From Schmidtea polychroa (taxonomy: Eukaryota): a stretch of 64,000 nt of DNA. Positions 59,870 through 64,000 of the stretch are shown here, one piece after another. The translations under genes and the position numbers were made by a program. The notes under the pieces were generated by a model. That model did no database searches. It worked only from the letters and a program-made list of their open reading frames with translations, and was not told the DNA's origin. Numbering within the stretch: the first letter of the stretch is position 1; each line of letters opens with the position of its first letter. Location: the NCBI GenBank assembly GCA_044892525.1, contig CM097887.1, positions 61,814,001-61,878,000 on the forward strand. The letters run 5' to 3'.

Positions 59870-60210
59870 AATAATGACAAATACTCGACCGCATGTTTAT
59901 TTTTTAAGCAATTATCAATACTTAATAAAATTAAGAGTTGGTAGAAATTTATATATAATCATTAGTCTTTCGAATGTAGAAACGACTGTTACCCGGACGG
60001 ACGTATAGGAAGCTCAGAAATCAATAGGTCGTTTTAAAGTAGCAAAGGAGCGTGTAACATTTTTACTATACAATAATGTTTACGGGGACTGAATACGAAA
60101 ATTTGGTTCCAAAGAGTTTTTGTATCAGAGAAGAAGTATCTGAAAGATAAGAAGCAGAATTTCAAGATCCAATTAATTATTGATAATCCGCCTGGTCATT
60201 CTCATCATCA
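59870..60210 (+). pseudogene. Tigger/pogo transposase remnant
   Basis: FKVAKERVTFLL.NN..G and IDNPPGHS motifs. Confidence 0.5.
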
Positions 60211-61559
60211 TGCTATTTTTTTATGTTTGTAGATTAAATATTGTTTTTGCGATTAACAAATGATTTTTTTAGAGTAAAAAATCAACGTTTAGAACCAGTA
60301 TTTTGAAGGGCTTTTCACTTTTTTTGCTTTTCCTTTTTCTCGTTCTAATTATTTAATGATTTATATATTATTAATTTATAGAATTGAAAAGAGAGTTTGA
60401 AGACTATAAATCAGTAATATATCGATGTTTGTTGATACTCACAAATTTTCGGCACTGCCTTTTTCAAAAATATATATATTATATATTATTTTAATTTATT
60501 ATATTATTTTAATTTATATAATATATTATATATTACTTTAATTATTATATATTATTTTATATATTATATTATTTTAATTATATATTATTTTTATTTATAA
60601 ATAATTAAAATAACAAAAATCAAATTTGATTCAAAAACTATAATTCGATTAAGAAAATTAAGAATATCCTTGGAAATAAAATTGAAAAATACCTTGGAAA
60701 TTTAAAACTAAAGAAAATAAGAAAACAACAATCTGGAAATATTGGAAGAAATGTCGAAATAATTTTTTATGCATCAGTCTGGTGCATATTATTATTTTTT
60801 AGTTTAATAAACGTTAAAATTTTATTATTTTGTTGTAACATAACCTTATAATAAAATATTAATTTTTGCACACTCACCCAGCAGTTCCAATACAGATTTT
60901 AAAGGTGACCTTTCTGAGCACTACAAATTCCTATAAACACTCCAATTATCATACAATGACCATCATAATATAATAATTTTAGTACATTACACATTCAAAA
61001 ATACAGCTAATTTTTCTTCCAGCTAATACGACATCATTTATACAACCGTTGGTTCAATGAATTATCTAGAAATTCCAAATATATTACCTGTAAAAATATT
61101 TCTGTGCATTCTGGATAAACGGAGAATGAAGATGAATTGGAATCCAATAATAATTAGAAAAAAATCTTATATTTTAGATTGCATCACCTATGCGAATTAA
61201 ACCTATTGTTGAAGTTCATATAAAATAGCTTAAAATAACTTTAAATGTGCAAAATATTAAATGTGCAATTCAATAAAATGCCAAAATCTAAAAAGATTCA
61301 AAATTAATTAAAAATTTGAAAAAAATTAAATGAAAAAATACTGTAACCCTCTGGAGCTGTGGCCTTTTTGTATAGAAAAATCCAGAGACCAAAGAGACCG
61401 CTTGACTATAAGTGTAGAAACTATAGTGTGAATTTGAAAAATATAGAGTAGTCCCCGACAGCAATGGAAAATACCCTTTAGCCCCCGCAGCAATTAGAAA
61501 ATTTATTTTCTATAGCGAGGGGTAGGAGGGGGTTGGTACATCGGATGGTCATACTGCCG

Positions 61560-62090
61560 GGGGCTACCTACTTATATGATTTGAAAAAGGCAATGGAGGA
61601 CTTCTGGGAACAGGGGCCGGAGTTCAAACATGTCAAAACAATATCCATTTGTAATAATTTGACAATTTCTGCAGAATTTTCAGCAAGACATCGAAAAATT
61701 AAAAAAAGGACAGGAGAATTATCTAGCGATGAAGGGTTTCCTACTTGAGATATAAATTCACGTAATGAATATTTTAAAATTTTAGATTCTCTAACTTATA
61801 CTGGAGATTCAATAATTTACATTAAATCAAATCAGATTTTGAATTTTTAACTAGATCTGTTTTAAAATCATTAAAATTGACCAATTGCGAAATTAGGCGT
61901 TAAAATTTGGACAGAAATATATCTCCGATGTTGATTCTACTGAAATGATCAGCGAGATTGAATCATTTCAAGTACAAATAAATGAAAATATGCCTAAACT
62001 AGATGCAGCTGTGTAAGATATTTTAAATGCTATACATAAATGGAATATGATAGTTTCGTATCCAAATCTCATTATTGCATAAGTAGTATG
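61560..62090 (+). pseudogene. hAT (ZMYM1-like) transposase C-terminal remnant
   Basis: RHRKIKKRTGE..DE, EYFKILDSL, YISDVDSTEMISEIESF, SYPNLIIA. Confidence 0.6.
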
Positions 62091-62439
62091 ATATGAGCTT
62101 TCTGTTGGATTTTGGTACCCCCTTTACTACTCAATAATTAGTCAGAAGTTAACGAATATTTCCATGAATTCTTTTTATTCTATTATTTTTTTTTAATTAA
62201 TTAATTATTATAATTTTATTTCTTTATTTATTTCTTTATTTTGTTTTTTAATTTATTTTAGTTTAAATTTAAATTATTATTTCTTATATGTTATTCTTAA
62301 TACTCGTTTTTATTAATTTACGCAAACTGAGACAAAAATGTTCAAAATATAAAAATATATTAGTCAAACTTATTATACATATAATTCTAAAAAAATAGAT
62401 AAAAACAAATTTTTTAACAAAGATTGCGAGAATGTTGGA

Positions 62440-64000
62440 GATTCGAATCGAATTATTGAACAGCAAATGAATCACCTCCCATATAATGCCCATATGGATA
62501 ACTTTTATTTTTCCACACCCAAACCCTTTAATCATCTGTGTTGGCAAGTGCAGTTTTTTCATTTTTTATTGTGAATAGTTGATGATTTTTGCTAGTTATT
62601 TTAGTTTGCGGTATAGAAAAAATTTGATTAGTGTTATAACAAACCAGGTACGCTTGATGTTTTATGTCACTACCTTTCAGTGTTACTCCTTTAGCTTTTT
62701 TAGTCTCGTCATCACCAAACAAACTATAACATTTATGTCTAAGAAAAATCCACTCCTTATATTTAAGACCTTTATTCTCGTCTTTGAACTTCCCAATGAC
62801 CGAATCAAGGTTCCTACTGTATAATGGATGACAATGGTCATAATTAGATGCGTCTAGTAAATTATCTCGGATTATTGACGGCAAATGAACATCAAGCTTA
62901 CAATTAATTACTTCAAGGAAAAAAGAATCCGTATCACCTGCAACGATATTAATTTTACAGTTGAATTCGTTACGATAATTTTGTAACTCTTCATACTGCA
63001 GCTGATACATTCTAAGTTTCGATAAGTCCAGTACAGTTTGACCAATGTAACTAAGTCTATCTAAACAAATAGTTTCCTTATTTAGCAAGACTGATACTAA
63101 GTCATTGTCAATTTTATAAGTCCTTTTAAACGTTGGTTTAGATGTATATGTAATTAGCCTAAAAGCCGAATTACATAGCCGCAAATTCAGATGTTTTTTT
63201 CAGATTCTCTACGGTCTTGCCGTAAAGACTATTATTTAATAACTTATAATAATTTTTATCCAAGGCATTACTCGATCCGCCCTATTGGTATTGGTATCGA
63301 TGTAATCTATAAAAATATCATCGTTTTCGAATTTAATTGCCCTATCTAGATAAATTAATTTTACACCAAGAGAAAGAAAAAGCTTGAGAAGTCTCCAATG
63401 AAGAACATAGTTCTTTTAAGGATGATGTGTAAGCATCAAATTCTCAACTTTAGAGGCAGATGGACACATCTTTTCAGCGGCAACTGGAAAATCATCCAAT
63501 TTGTCGTGAATCGAATAAGGAATTTCCAAATCAACCTCCAAGGTAAATCCAAATGGAAGTACTTCCAAATCTGCAGATTCACAAAAATAAATTATTTTAT
63601 TTAACTCGTCTCTAATGGTTACCCATTTAAAATCCTTATACGGAAGTTTTTGGCTTAAGGCCCACCCATATAACTTATTTATATCAATGTAAAGAATTTT
63701 TGTATTGTCGGAGGATACTACATGGTGTTTCTTAACAAGTGTTTATTCACCACTTATCCCCTTTCGAAAAAATTATACATCTCCATATCTTGCAACAGCT
63801 CGATAGGAGATTTCAAAGTCATTAAAACGGAACCCCAGCCCGTGCCTGGAATTCCCAAGAAATTAAGATGTTCAAGTCGATTATGTGCAATAGATTTTGA
63901 ACGAAATTGTTGAAAATAGTCAGCTAATAAGAACACATCCAATTTAAGATATAACATCATGTAATCAAACAATTATTCACAATGAAATTCTTTCCATATA
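62440..64000 (-). pseudogene. Second, diverged and decayed PolB copy, truncated by the window end
   Basis: YLKLDVFLLADYFQQFRSK, YIDINKLYG, NSLYGKT, VAGDTDS, GKFKDE, KAKG; several frameshifts and stops, e.g. DD*RVW where copy 1 has DDKRNW. Confidence 0.92.

Noticed and set aside
59030-61200. Exon-like minus-strand pieces, one faintly like the ACT domain of aromatic amino acid hydroxylases
   Set aside because: Similarity too weak and I could not build a gene model.

Overview
AT-rich eukaryotic (animal) genomic window with very short introns (about 39-52 bp), two N gaps (46185-46372, 58840-58980) and heavy transposon content. Host genes are MRPL55, two head-to-head Tctex1-domain dynein light chains, several uncharacterised ORFs and a broken KLHL20/diablo copy. 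Two systems stand out. (1) A minus-strand Ty3/gypsy-type retroelement of about 13.5 kb (roughly 2280-15729) with order LTR - tRNA-Trp PBS - gag - two [helical + ubiquitin-like] modules - Bcl-2-like domain - signal peptide - chuvirus-like fusion glycoprotein - protease - RT - RNase H - integrase - second type I membrane glycoprotein, followed by a separately promoted DEDDh exonuclease ORF. It has about six inactivating lesions and only one LTR is visible. (2) A nearly intact protein-primed-type family B DNA polymerase gene with an intact-looking endonuclease VII domain, lying beside a ~400-bp palindrome built from CRE (TGACGTCA) arrays and 21-bp iterons; three more pieces of the same PolB family occur in the window. 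The rest is decayed Tc1, hAT, pogo, Penelope and gypsy fragments and MITEs. All protein assignments come from motif recognition by eye; no database searches were run.
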